Source: a virus
Length of the DNA stretch: 64,000 nucleotides
IMG/VR virus record: IMGVR_UViG_3300022748_000015
Location: 60,827-124,826 of that record
Reading direction: 5' to 3' (one strand)
The position numbers and the translations under genes are program-made. The notes under the pieces are model-generated. The model saw only the letters and a list, made by a program, of their open reading frames with translations, was not told where the DNA came from and searched no databases. Of this stretch, positions 40,942 through 50,488 are shown one piece after another. Numbering within the stretch: the first letter of the stretch is position 1; each line of letters begins with the position of its first letter.

Positions 40942-41518
40942 GGGATACCTAACTCCGGAGCAGTGCGCTCCGCTGATTGAGCATTTCATAGAGAATGAAG
41001 ACTATGACCCTAGAGAATTCTATGGGAACATTGGTCTTGGTGGTCCAGTGGAGTTCTTTGGAAATCCTCCTAAGAAGTTTGATTATGATCCAGATGACCG
41101 ACTGGTTAATATGGTTCAATTTGCCTATAAGTTCTTCTTAGATAACTATAAGATGAAGGGTACCTTTGGTCTTAATAGATCTCATGCTAACTTCATGCAC
41201 GAGGGTGCCCTACTCCACTCACATCATGATGATAGAGACTACCGTAAAGAGGATATAGATTCATTAAATAGCATGACCTATGTATGTGGTCTATTTCTAT
41301 CTGATGACTATGGGGGTGGAGAATTAGTTTTTGAAGAGCAAGCTACAAGCCTTAAGCCGGAAGTTGGTGACCTAGTGTTCTTTCCTGGGTTCTATACCCG
41401 TCATGGGGTTAATTTGGTTACTTCCGGAACTAGATTAAATGTTCTCACGCATTTCTTCGATGTGATTGATACTTCTATTGAGTACAATCCAAACTATGCA
41501 ATAGATCCTAGAAAATAA
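40919..41518 (+). CDS. 2OG-Fe(II) oxygenase (P4H-like)
   Basis: HHD..FLSDDYGGGEL..HGV..GTR. Confidence 0.88.
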   Translation: MQPYHIIKGYLTPEQCAPLIEHFIENEDYDPREFYGNIGLGGPVEFFGNPPKKFDYDPDDRLVNMVQFAYKFFLDNYKMKGTFGLNRSHANFMHEGALLHSHHDDRDYRKEDIDSLNSMTYVCGLFLSDDYGGGELVFEEQATSLKPEVGDLVFFPGFYTRHGVNLVTSGTRLNVLTHFFDVIDTSIEYNPNYAIDPRK

Positions 41519-41558
41519 AAATATACCCCGTGTGATTAGCACGGGGTTTATTTTTTTA
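41518..41558. terminator. Bidirectional terminator
   Basis: ccccgtg/cacgggg with A and T flanks between convergent genes. Confidence 0.8.
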
Positions 41559-41849
41559 GGCTGATACTGATATAGCTGCTACAATCTGCTGATACTCTGG
41601 ATTCTCCTCTAGAGCCGCGATTGCTGCCTCATACTGCTTAGTTGCAATATCAGATAGATCACTTGCAGAACCCGTATGGATTGGGTGCCAGTTCTCGCCA
41701 TCATATACTGCTGGCTCACCTTCAGATGGGATAATTAGATAACCGTACTGAACCCCATCAAAATGGGTGAATACGCTAAGTAGAATCCCCTTAGGGTCTG
41801 GTAGAACTCGAACACCTCGTAGCTGACCTGCTCCTGCTTTAATTTCCAT
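41556..41849 (-). CDS. Hypothetical protein
   Basis: ORF with AGGAG RBS. Confidence 0.6.
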   Translation of the reverse strand: MEIKAGAGQLRGVRVLPDPKGILLSVFTHFDGVQYGYLIIPSEGEPAVYDGENWHPIHTGSASDLSDIATKQYEAAIAALEENPEYQQIVAAISVSA

Positions 41850-41924
41850 AACATCTCCTTATTAGTTACTTGATTATTACTATATACCGTTGTAATCTAC
41901 TAGTCAAACAGAAAGAAATAGGCT

Positions 41925-42419
41925 ATGGAATTTATTAAACCAGAAATTACTTTGGAACCTTTCGAGGTTCACATGGCAGCAAGTACTGCCGTACAGAGGT
42001 GTGTATCATCTATTAAAGATCAGAGAGCTAATGCTCATGGGTATAGCCAAGGTTCTGGGTGGACCGACAATATTGAAGGTGCTTGTGCTGAGCTTGCAGT
42101 CGCAAAATATTATGACATCTATTGGAATGGTAGCGTAGATACTTTTAAGTCTGCCGATCTGGGATCGAAGATTCAGGTTCGCTGGACGTGGAGCCACAAC
42201 TATAGCCTCATAGTTCGCCCTGCTGACTCTGAAAAAGATGTATATATCTTAGTTAGTGGTTATGCCCCTAATCTTAAGATTCAAGGATATACCTATGGTG
42301 ATAGTGCTAAGGATCCTAAATACCTAAGAAATGATGGATCTGGTAGACCAGATGGTTACTTTGTACCTAATGAAGATTTGATACCAATTGGTCAACTAAA
42401 CCTCGAGTTGTACACCTAA
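41925..42419 (+). CDS. Hypothetical protein (possible PD-(D/E)XK-like nuclease fold)
   Basis: EGACAELAVAK..D...QVR pattern; weak. Confidence 0.45.
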   Translation: MEFIKPEITLEPFEVHMAASTAVQRCVSSIKDQRANAHGYSQGSGWTDNIEGACAELAVAKYYDIYWNGSVDTFKSADLGSKIQVRWTWSHNYSLIVRPADSEKDVYILVSGYAPNLKIQGYTYGDSAKDPKYLRNDGSGRPDGYFVPNEDLIPIGQLNLELYT

Positions 42420-42449
42420 TTTGCTTTTTTTGCATGATAGTGTTATTGC

Positions 42450-42668
42450 ATGTCTAAATTAGTTGGTGGGTGGTATGTACGCCCTGAAGATGAACTGCAA
42501 GATTTTGCAAAAGAAGTAGCACATATCGTTAAGCAAAAGCTTAATGGAACTTACACAAATATTGAACCGGAGGTTGTTGGCGGATGGAGTATCTCCCCTC
42601 AGCAGCAGATGACGATGAAGGCAGAAGCTATCGCAGAAGCCGTAGTCGCAGAAATAAAGGAGGCGTAA
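42450..42668 (+). CDS. Hypothetical protein
   Basis: Leaderless start; repeated VGGW. Confidence 0.55.
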   Translation: MSKLVGGWYVRPEDELQDFAKEVAHIVKQKLNGTYTNIEPEVVGGWSISPQQQMTMKAEAIAEAVVAEIKEA

Positions 42669-43216
42669 TGCTAACTGTTGGAGACACAATCTATGATTTC
42701 AAGGTAGTTGGAGTTTCTCCTACTCTTCTTGATGATGGAACTTATTTTCAAGAGCTCACGGAAAAGAGCTTTGAGGGTAAGTGGAAGGTTATTGTCTTTT
42801 ATCCTAAGGACTTTACCTTTGTATGTCCTACCGAGATTATTGAGTATGACAAGCTTAATGCTGAGTTTGAAGCTCGTGGTGCAGTTCTTATGTCTGGATC
42901 TACTGACAATGAGTTTTGCAAGCTTGCTTGGAAAGAAGCGCACCCAGATCTTGCAAAGCTAACTAGCTGGATGTTTGCTGATACTCGCCACAATGCGTGG
43001 GATGGATCTCTAGTTGATGGTATGGGTGTCCGTCACGAAAGTGGTGTTGCACTCCGTGCTACCTTCCTAGTTGATCCTAATAATGTGATTCAGCATGTTA
43101 CTGTTAATGGTCTTGATACTGGACGTAATGCACAGGAGACTCTTCGTATTCTTGATGCCCTACAGACTGGTGAGCTAACTGCTTGCAGTCGACCAGTTGG
43201 TGGAGCTACACTGTAA
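42668..43216 (+). CDS. ahpC: Peroxiredoxin AhpC
   Basis: FYPKDFTFVCPTE; GRN..ETLRILDALQ; start at ATG 42668 (TAATG). Confidence 0.93.
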   Translation: MLTVGDTIYDFKVVGVSPTLLDDGTYFQELTEKSFEGKWKVIVFYPKDFTFVCPTEIIEYDKLNAEFEARGAVLMSGSTDNEFCKLAWKEAHPDLAKLTSWMFADTRHNAWDGSLVDGMGVRHESGVALRATFLVDPNNVIQHVTVNGLDTGRNAQETLRILDALQTGELTACSRPVGGATL

Positions 43217-43219
43217 TTT

Positions 43220-44113
43220 ATGACTAAGGTTTACATCGCTGGCCCAATGACGGGTCTCCCTAAATGGAATTTCCCTGCATTTTTCGAAGCTGAAGCTCAG
43301 TTAGAAAAGCTTGGCTATGAAGTAATTAATCCTGCGCATAATGATGGTGCAACGGTTCAAGAAGCTTTAGAGTCAGCTGGGCCAGTCGATCACCCTAATC
43401 ATCTTTGGTCTGACTATATGCGCCGTGATTTACCGCATGTGATGAATGTAGATATGGTTTGCTTACTTCCTGGTTGGCAAAAATCTAAGGGTGCTTCTTT
43501 AGAAGTTACTGTAGCCAAAGCTCTAGGTCTTCCATTGATGGTTCTTAATAAAGATGGTCAACTTATCCCTCGTGTTACCGTGCTTGGGCTGAGTGGCTAT
43601 GCTCGTTCTGGGAAAGATACAGTTGCTGACTATTTAGTTGAGAACTATGGCTATACAAAAATGTCTTTTGCAGATCCTATGAAGCAGGCCCTACTAACTT
43701 TAGATCCAAATATTGATTTTGGTGAAGGACGTGCTTACTTGTCACAGGCAGTTCGGGTTGGCTGGGATGAGTTAAAGAGTAACAGCACTGAGATTCGACC
43801 CCTGCTTCAACGCCTCGGTACCGAGATTGGTCGCAATATGTGGGGTGAAGATTTTTGGGTAAACGCAGCTATTAACAGCATTCCTGATGGAAGTAAGATT
43901 GTGTTTGCTGATGTTCGTTTTCCTAATGAAGCTAAAGCTATTCGTGATCTAGGTGGTCGAGTCTGGCGTATTGAGCGTAATGGTGTTGGTCCAGCTAATA
44001 GCCATATATCGGAAACTGCTCTTGATGGTTATAGTTTCAATAAGGTTTTATCTAATAATTCTGATTTAGAAGCACTTGCTTCTTTAGTTGAAGAAACTAT
44101 TCATTTAATCTAA
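43220..44113 (+). CDS. DUF4406 (NDT-like) plus deoxynucleoside monophosphate kinase fusion
   Basis: VYIAGPMTGLP.WNFPAF...LPGW.KSKGASLE; then GLSGYARSGKDT, FADP, LQRLGTE, DVRFPNE. Confidence 0.85.
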   Translation: MTKVYIAGPMTGLPKWNFPAFFEAEAQLEKLGYEVINPAHNDGATVQEALESAGPVDHPNHLWSDYMRRDLPHVMNVDMVCLLPGWQKSKGASLEVTVAKALGLPLMVLNKDGQLIPRVTVLGLSGYARSGKDTVADYLVENYGYTKMSFADPMKQALLTLDPNIDFGEGRAYLSQAVRVGWDELKSNSTEIRPLLQRLGTEIGRNMWGEDFWVNAAINSIPDGSKIVFADVRFPNEAKAIRDLGGRVWRIERNGVGPANSHISETALDGYSFNKVLSNNSDLEALASLVEETIHLI

Positions 44114-44778
44114 ATCTCTGAAGTATTTACAAAATGTGGGTCAGTTCTTGCATCTTCTCTAGCTGGGCTCTGCCAGTTATAAATTTTATTCTGAGCTAAA
44201 CGGTCTACCTTCTTAATCCACATTTGGCGTCCTTCAAATACTTTTTCAAACTCGAACCAGTGAATTTGAAGGAATGCATCAATTGCATCCTTCGGGGCAA
44301 AGCGTGATGGGATTGCGTGATAGCCAAACTCGTAGTCATCAAATATAAGAAGCCCGCCGTCACGTAGGCAGTCAAACGCATGTATTGCATCTCTCAGTAC
44401 TGCACTAGCCACGTGATCACCATCGACATAGATAATGTCATAGGTCTTAGTATTTTGTTTGAAGAACTCATCGCTCATCATTTGAAGTGGAGTTACTTTT
44501 CCAAAGTAGTCAGACATTTTTTCTTTATAGGCAATATAGGCCGTCTCCCAGTCAAAACCTATTAACCCCGGGTCACCCATCCAAGGGTCTACATCAGTTA
44601 AGGTGGATTCAGGGTGGGTAAGAATATTCTCGATTAGCCAGAGGGAGGCGTCTCCCGTGAAGACTCCGATCTGAAGAAAGTCTAGCTTCTTGCCTGTATA
44701 TTCAGATAGGTTCTTTTCAAAGATAGAAATTACATCTGTCTCTACAAACCAGTTTGGATGTTCTACACTATTTTCCAT
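44110..44778 (-). CDS. Class I SAM methyltransferase (Methyltransf_24-like)
   Basis: LQIGVFTG.AS; YDIIYVDGDH; GG..IFDDY. Confidence 0.85.
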   Translation of the reverse strand: MENSVEHPNWFVETDVISIFEKNLSEYTGKKLDFLQIGVFTGDASLWLIENILTHPESTLTDVDPWMGDPGLIGFDWETAYIAYKEKMSDYFGKVTPLQMMSDEFFKQNTKTYDIIYVDGDHVASAVLRDAIHAFDCLRDGGLLIFDDYEFGYHAIPSRFAPKDAIDAFLQIHWFEFEKVFEGRQMWIKKVDRLAQNKIYNWQSPAREDARTDPHFVNTSEI

Positions 44779-44837
44779 ATAAAAACTATATCACTTAAAT
44801 AGTTGACAAATAGCTAATAGTGCTATAGTTTTGCACT

Positions 44838-45863
44838 ATGAAAAAGTCATTGATTGCCCTGACTGCCCTGGGGCTCATGTTTGGGGCAACTCCTGCTAAT
44901 GCTGTCTCTGCTTCGTGGGGGTTGGATGCTGTCCAAGTACCTGCTGGTGCAAGCGGTACTGGTGTTCGTGTTTATGTTCTAGATACTGGTGTTGCTAATG
45001 ACCCTGGATTTAGTGGACGCCTAAGCGGAGATATGTCTGACTGCAATGGTCATGGTACTCACGTTGCTGGAATCATTGGCAGTAGTCAGTTTGGTGTAGC
45101 ACGTAGTGCCCAGATTGTTTCTCTAAAGGTTGCAGACTGTAGCGGTGGAGTCAATCCTGCAACGGTTATATCTGCAATCAACTGGGTAATTAAGAGTCAC
45201 CCTAAGGGTACTCCAGGTGTGGTCAATATGAGCCTTGCTCTAAATAAAACCCCTGCTCTAGATGCTGCAGTAGTTAGTTTGTATTCTGCTGGGTTAGTTC
45301 CAGTAGTTGCTGCAGGAAACTTGAGTAGTGATGCTTGTAACTACAGTCCTGCTGGAGTTAGTCAGGCTATTACGGTTGGCGGTCTAAATCTAAATGGTAT
45401 GAAGACTATTGACTCGGACTTTGGAAGTTGCGTTGATGTTTGGGCTCCTGGTGGGCTTATTACTTCTGAAGATGCTTTTAATCCTGCTGGTAGTGTAGTA
45501 AAGACTGGTACTTCTATGGCTGCTGGATTTGTCAGTGGTATAGCTGCTTTGTATTTAGAACGTAACCCTAAAGCAACTCCTGCTCAGGTTAGTGGTGCCT
45601 TGGTTGGTGGAGTAGTGAATGGGATGGTTAATGCTGGATTTGTTAGCAAGCCTACAGAGGTAAAGCCAACTGGACTATCCGTAATTAATGGAGTACTTAG
45701 TTGGTCCGGTAACTCTTCTAGCTATACCGTTCAGAAGAGTAAGGATGGAGTTACTTGGACTGTATTGGCAGTAACTCCAAATAAATTTGCAAATATTACT
45801 GGAGTAGGGTATTATCGAGTTGTAGTTGGAGCTGGCTCTAGTTTAGTTCTGAAGATTGGATAG
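44838..45863 (+). CDS. Secreted subtilisin-like S8 serine protease
   Basis: Signal peptide; LDTG, HGTHVAG, GTSMAA catalytic triad. Confidence 0.92.
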   Translation: MKKSLIALTALGLMFGATPANAVSASWGLDAVQVPAGASGTGVRVYVLDTGVANDPGFSGRLSGDMSDCNGHGTHVAGIIGSSQFGVARSAQIVSLKVADCSGGVNPATVISAINWVIKSHPKGTPGVVNMSLALNKTPALDAAVVSLYSAGLVPVVAAGNLSSDACNYSPAGVSQAITVGGLNLNGMKTIDSDFGSCVDVWAPGGLITSEDAFNPAGSVVKTGTSMAAGFVSGIAALYLERNPKATPAQVSGALVGGVVNGMVNAGFVSKPTEVKPTGLSVINGVLSWSGNSSSYTVQKSKDGVTWTVLAVTPNKFANITGVGYYRVVVGAGSSLVLKIG

Positions 45864-45870
45864 ATAGATT

Positions 45871-46218
45871 ATGGCTACTGTATTGGAACAACTTATAGAG
45901 ATGATGCCTGTTGTTGGTCAGGTTGGTTCCATTGTTAGAACTCCTGACGGGTTTCAGGTAAATATTGTTCAGGACAATGGAAGTGGGCATCGAGGTGTTG
46001 ATATTCGTAATATCAGCATTTCTAGTGAGTATCCCGAAAATATTAGTGCTGGAACTTTTTTAGGTGATATACCTGAGTTTTCTATTGGCTGGTATCAGGA
46101 TGCTAGAGCAGATCTGTTCTATTATGAAGGTAAGGGTTATTGGAAGAATGCTGGTCGAGTAGTTAGTGAAGATCTTACTAATAAGTTTTATTCAGGGAAG
46201 TTGGAGTTCATAGGATGA
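45871..46218 (+). CDS. Hypothetical protein; shares C-terminal domain with 46215-46685
   Basis: GWYQD..A.L.YY.G.G.W...LE..G. Confidence 0.65.
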   Translation: MATVLEQLIEMMPVVGQVGSIVRTPDGFQVNIVQDNGSGHRGVDIRNISISSEYPENISAGTFLGDIPEFSIGWYQDARADLFYYEGKGYWKNAGRVVSEDLTNKFYSGKLEFIG

Positions 46219-46685
46219 ATGAAGAAACCGCAGACGAGATTGAAAGAATCTTTGCAGGACTGACAAACCCGTATGAAGATATGGAAATTATTGATACCGA
46301 AATTAAAACTGTAGATGCCTGGGCAAATAGTATTGCTGTAAATGATAATGATATGCTCTATCTACGTAAGAAGAATGGCATTATGTATGTTATGAAGACT
46401 GAGCCGCATGTGTCTGGAGAGTGGAAGCAGCTGGATCCTACGGCTATTCCTAGATACGTTGATCCTCATGGGTTAAAGCTTGCTCCGGAGTTGGCACCTG
46501 AAGGTGTAGAGGTTCCGGCAGAGAAGGAAATGAAGCCAATTCCTAATATCCCTTTGGGTTGGTATCAAGACGATAAGGCTAATCTCTACTACTACTCTGG
46601 AACCGGTATCTGGGATACAGATATGAAGGAGTGGGGTAAGTTGTTAAATAAAGCAGAGGCTGGAGAGTTGGAATACCTTGGTTAA
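46215..46685 (+). CDS. Hypothetical protein; paralog of 45871-46218
   Basis: Same C-terminal motif. Confidence 0.65.
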   Translation: MNEETADEIERIFAGLTNPYEDMEIIDTEIKTVDAWANSIAVNDNDMLYLRKKNGIMYVMKTEPHVSGEWKQLDPTAIPRYVDPHGLKLAPELAPEGVEVPAEKEMKPIPNIPLGWYQDDKANLYYYSGTGIWDTDMKEWGKLLNKAEAGELEYLG

Positions 46686-46686
46686 T

Positions 46687-46920
46687 ATGTCAGATAAAAC
46701 AGAGAAGATTGAGCTAGATGGTTTAACTGAGGCTCAGGAGTTGGCTATTACTGTAGTGATGGAAGAGGGTGCCCTTCGTAATCAGGAGTCTAGTATAAAG
46801 TTTCTTCAGAAAGAACTAGACGCTGTTATTGATCTACGTTCTGATGAACCTGGATATGTTGATGGTTTTGAACATGCTGTTTTATTTTTGAAAGATCTCT
46901 GGGGAATGAGTATCGAATGA
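46687..46920 (+). CDS. Hypothetical protein
   Basis: Tandem small ORF. Confidence 0.55.
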   Translation: MSDKTEKIELDGLTEAQELAITVVMEEGALRNQESSIKFLQKELDAVIDLRSDEPGYVDGFEHAVLFLKDLWGMSIE

Positions 46921-47231
46921 GTTTTGCACGATTTAGTAGTTCTGATATCTATATGTTCGAGCACACTGGCGGGTTTATTCAGTGTTGTGGGTGTTGGCTA
47001 ACTCCTCCAGAAGAGGATGAATATGTTGGGTTTGCTGAGTTTAAAACTCCTCGTGAGGCTCTAGCTCATTTGGATTTACATGAAGCTGCTGGTTACGATA
47101 TTGGTGGCGCTCGCGGTAGAATTGAAAAGGAGTACGAGGATCTCGATGAAGAGATCCAACCATATGTAACTCCACCTGAAGTCAGAGAGCGCCAACGTAA
47201 GCTCTTCGAGGAGATATATAAACGTGATTAG
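46917..47231 (+). CDS. Hypothetical protein
   Basis: MSFARF...CCGCWL; ATGA overlap. Confidence 0.6.
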   Translation: MSFARFSSSDIYMFEHTGGFIQCCGCWLTPPEEDEYVGFAEFKTPREALAHLDLHEAAGYDIGGARGRIEKEYEDLDEEIQPYVTPPEVRERQRKLFEEIYKRD

Positions 47232-47394
47232 ATTTCGATGGCTTGACCTCAAGAAGACTGACCACCTATCTAAATACTGGGGATGGCAGCTTTGGGGTTA
47301 CAAGGGTAATGGTATTAGAGGTCCACGTACTTATACCTTAGATATTTTTCTTGGTTCTAGAATTTTAGTAGTTAAGTTTGGAAAGAGATACTAA
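47224..47394 (+). CDS. Hypothetical small protein (56 aa)
   Basis: Hand-read GTG ORF filling a gap in the tandem array. Confidence 0.45.
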   Translation: MIRFRWLDLKKTDHLSKYWGWQLWGYKGNGIRGPRTYTLDIFLGSRILVVKFGKRY

Positions 47395-47616
47395 ATGAGT
47401 GAAGAATTTAAAATGATTGAATTTCGATTCAAACGTGATTGGCAGACCCGTTATGCTGGCTGGGTTCAGGGTAAGTCTGAAGTTAGCAATGGGTGGGTTC
47501 CATTAAAATACTGCCGTAGCGTTAAGGCTGCTAACCGCTATGTAATTAAAGTTCTTAAGCAGCGTAAAGAACCAGTTCAATATATTAGCCTACCTTTTAC
47601 GGATTACGATACCTGA
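47395..47616 (+). CDS. Hypothetical protein
   Basis: Tandem small ORF. Confidence 0.55.
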   Translation: MSEEFKMIEFRFKRDWQTRYAGWVQGKSEVSNGWVPLKYCRSVKAANRYVIKVLKQRKEPVQYISLPFTDYDT

Positions 47617-47870
47617 TGAAGATTAAAACTATTAGCGGTTCACTATATGATATTGATAATGTAAGTGGAGTCTGCCATAAATATGATGCTTCTGGAGAAT
47701 GCATTGATGCCTTCAAGGCATTCTATATGAAGGCTATACCAACTACAGTTAAGACTTTAGGTGAGATATGGGATTACCCATTTAGTAAGCCAGAAGTTGG
47801 AAAGCTACTCTACATAAGTGGAAGAGAATCTTGGTGGCTAAGTACCGAGGTAGTTTATATTGAAGAATAG
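47616..47870 (+). CDS. Hypothetical protein
   Basis: Coupled ORF. Confidence 0.55.
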   Translation: MKIKTISGSLYDIDNVSGVCHKYDASGECIDAFKAFYMKAIPTTVKTLGEIWDYPFSKPEVGKLLYISGRESWWLSTEVVYIEE

Positions 47871-48054
47871 ATTTATTAAACTTGACAAGTCATGGGTTGG
47901 TAGTGTACGTTTAACTGTAGGCGGAAGAGTTAGTCTCTACGCTGGTCAAACTGATCACTGGGGTTTGGGATTTGATTTCAATTTTTGGGATAGATCTTTT
48001 ACTCTAGAGATTATTCACTGGTACTTAGGTGTGGAAGTTTGGCATAAAGAGTAA
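47860..48054 (+). CDS. Hypothetical protein
   Basis: Coupled ORF. Confidence 0.5.
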   Translation: MKNRFIKLDKSWVGSVRLTVGGRVSLYAGQTDHWGLGFDFNFWDRSFTLEIIHWYLGVEVWHKE

Positions 48055-48074
48055 TCACCTAACTAGGAGAAGAA

Positions 48075-48419
48075 ATGCCTTGCATGTATGATGATGGACC
48101 AACCGTAGTCTATCGCGATGATTCTGAGGTTAATCTAAAGCTTGCTAAGTATAAGGAAGATCTTGATAAGCTAACTCACGAAAATGATGTGCTCCGTGAG
48201 GCAATCCTTGAGGTTGAAGCTAAGACTCCAGGCCTATTTAAGGGCGCACTTATCAAGAAGATTGGCGTAAGCCAGATCAAGCACCGCAAGGAAGATCTTG
48301 CACGACTAGAAAAAGTTTTTCGTAAGTCAAAAGATGCAGAGAAGTTAGGCTTAGTTATTTTAGCAGATCCTGCTAAGCCGCTGGAACCTCAGCTTGGTTT
48401 TGATCCGGACTGGTATTAG
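48075..48419 (+). CDS. Hypothetical protein
   Basis: AGGAG RBS. Confidence 0.6.
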   Translation: MPCMYDDGPTVVYRDDSEVNLKLAKYKEDLDKLTHENDVLREAILEVEAKTPGLFKGALIKKIGVSQIKHRKEDLARLEKVFRKSKDAEKLGLVILADPAKPLEPQLGFDPDWY

Positions 48420-48427
48420 AGGTAACT

Positions 48428-48760
48428 ATGAGCAAGAATCTAGGAAATATCCCTAAGCAATCTGCTATGGATGAAGCTGTAGAGCAAGCCTTTACTAATG
48501 GGATCAATAAGGGACGTAAGCTCCAGTATCAGGAAAGTATTGAACTTCTAGAGGGTGGACTTGATGAAGCTTGCGAGCATCTCCACAATGCGTACGAGGA
48601 AGCTGCAAAAATTACTGGGTGGTCTACCCAGGAGAGTACTCGTGTGGAGTGGAATGACCTTCCGCAAGCAAATAAAATGACAATGTTGTTGGCGGTTATG
48701 AGTCTACGTAATCACTATATAAATCGTATTATTGATGCTCATTTGGGGATTAAGGAATAG
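48428..48760 (+). CDS. Hypothetical protein
   Basis: GAGG RBS. Confidence 0.6.
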   Translation: MSKNLGNIPKQSAMDEAVEQAFTNGINKGRKLQYQESIELLEGGLDEACEHLHNAYEEAAKITGWSTQESTRVEWNDLPQANKMTMLLAVMSLRNHYINRIIDAHLGIKE

Positions 48761-48762
48761 AA

Positions 48763-49227
48763 GTGTCTAAATATTGTGATGTATCTTGTGAGCACAACCC
48801 TTGCACAAACTTTATGCCAACAACCGAGAATGTTCGTGAGCGTTATAGTGATTGGTATGATGGTCCTATAGAGGTGTCAATAGATATTGCTGATGCTGAG
48901 TTTGATCGTTGGCTGAAGCAAGTGAAGGCTAAAGCTTGGGCAGAAGGTTTTGATGCTGGAGAAAGAGATGTCTGGGAACATCAGCATGGAGAGGCAGGGG
49001 AAGACTGGGATAAAGACTGTATCCCTAATCCTTACATAGAAGAAGAGAAGTCTGTAGATGATGCAGTAGAGAAAGGTTACCGCCTACTAGCGGAGGACCC
49101 GGAGATGTCTTTGCGTCGTCAGAGTCATCACTGTGGCTTTGATTTTCTCGAAAATCAAGCAACTGCTAAATGTGAATGTGGAGTAGTTTCAACGAATCCT
49201 TTCTGGACTTTCAAAGGAGAGAAGTAA
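48763..49227 (+). CDS. Hypothetical protein
   Basis: Tandem ORF. Confidence 0.55.
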   Translation: MSKYCDVSCEHNPCTNFMPTTENVRERYSDWYDGPIEVSIDIADAEFDRWLKQVKAKAWAEGFDAGERDVWEHQHGEAGEDWDKDCIPNPYIEEEKSVDDAVEKGYRLLAEDPEMSLRRQSHHCGFDFLENQATAKCECGVVSTNPFWTFKGEK

Positions 49228-49455
49228 ATGAACGAAATCGCAACAACCGAAAGGATAAGGGAACTTTTTACTGATGGAGGTTTCTGGAATAGTGATGTTT
49301 TTGATGAATGGCTTGAACAGCACGATGCAGAGGTTGCTAAGGCAACTGAGGAACGCATTATCAAGTTGCTGAGAACTACTGAAACCGAAAACCCAAATGA
49401 CTCACGCATAATTGCTCATCTTATGTTTCTTATCACGGGAGAAGTAAATGAGTAA
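49228..49455 (+). CDS. Hypothetical protein
   Basis: GGAGA RBS. Confidence 0.55.
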   Translation: MNEIATTERIRELFTDGGFWNSDVFDEWLEQHDAEVAKATEERIIKLLRTTETENPNDSRIIAHLMFLITGEVNE

Positions 49456-49609
49456 GAAAAGTCGTTGCCCTCATTCTAATCTTCGTGGAATCTATGGTGA
49501 CGAGGTTATCTTTGCTACTCCAAATTGGAATCGGCTTCAATGCCTAGACTGCGGGCAATTCCTAGATGGGCCTGTGAAACTTGCAGAGTTGAGAAAAGGA
49601 GAGAAGTAG
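49448..49609 (+). CDS. Small Zn-binding-like protein (53 aa)
   Basis: CPH...QCLDCG; hand-read. Confidence 0.5.
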   Translation: MSKKSRCPHSNLRGIYGDEVIFATPNWNRLQCLDCGQFLDGPVKLAELRKGEK

Positions 49610-50092
49610 ATGAGTAATATTTTTCTAATAAGCGATACTCACTTTGGCCATGCCAACATTATTAAATATGCTAACCGCCCGTTTGACTCTGTGGAAGAAA
49701 TGAATGAGGCGTTAGTCGAGAATTGGAATTCTGTAGTTAAGCAGGGGGATAAGGTGTACCACCTTGGTGATGTAACTATGAACTCTAAAAGTTTAGACAT
49801 TATGTCTCAACTGAATGGTCGCAAGGTACTTATAAAAGGTAACCATGATATCCAGAAACTTAAGTTCTATACCCCTCATTTCTATGATATTCGTGGGTCC
49901 CATGGGTTGGGTAACTTTATTCTTACTCATATTCCTGTGGCTATTGAGCAGAAGTTGCGTTATCCGGGTGGGAATATCCATGGGCATCTGCATGAGCAGA
50001 ATATGGCCGATCCTTGGTATATTAATGTTAGTGTTGAGCAGATTGACTATACGCCCGTGGCATTTGATGTAGTCACAAAGGGGAGAAGTTAA
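49610..50092 (+). CDS. Calcineurin-like metallophosphoesterase
   Basis: SDTHFGH, LGDV, GNHD, NIHGHLH. Confidence 0.9.
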   Translation: MSNIFLISDTHFGHANIIKYANRPFDSVEEMNEALVENWNSVVKQGDKVYHLGDVTMNSKSLDIMSQLNGRKVLIKGNHDIQKLKFYTPHFYDIRGSHGLGNFILTHIPVAIEQKLRYPGGNIHGHLHEQNMADPWYINVSVEQIDYTPVAFDVVTKGRS

Positions 50093-50334
50093 TGAGTGCA
50101 TCGCTAGATGGAATAAAGTATTGGACAGGGAAGCTTCTAGAAGCAGTTGACAGAAATCAATACAACTGCTATTGTGAAGATGCTGGTCCTGATGCTATGT
50201 ATATAGATACGGACTGGCTTCGGGCTGTTGCATTACAGATCGAGTATCTAGCTAAATACCCTGAACTTGTTGAATATGAAGCAAATTTAAATAGATATGC
50301 TGAAGTAGAGGATGGTACTTTTAATGATAGATAA
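50092..50334 (+). CDS. Hypothetical protein
   Basis: Coupled ORF. Confidence 0.55.
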   Translation: MSASLDGIKYWTGKLLEAVDRNQYNCYCEDAGPDAMYIDTDWLRAVALQIEYLAKYPELVEYEANLNRYAEVEDGTFNDR

Positions 50335-50488
50335 TACTCCAATGCTTACTTTCTTGGAGGAGAGCAAGAATCTCATTGCAATGTTTGCTGGTGTTAAGAA
50401 GCAAGCAATGGATGAGGGTTTTAGTGAAGAAACTGCTGAGCGTATCGTAGTTGAGATGCTGCGTATGCAGAATTCGGTAGGTGGATAA
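50324..50488 (+). CDS. Hypothetical small protein (54 aa)
   Basis: Hand-read ORF ending at a TAATG junction. Confidence 0.45.
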   Translation: MIDNTPMLTFLEESKNLIAMFAGVKKQAMDEGFSEETAERIVVEMLRMQNSVGG

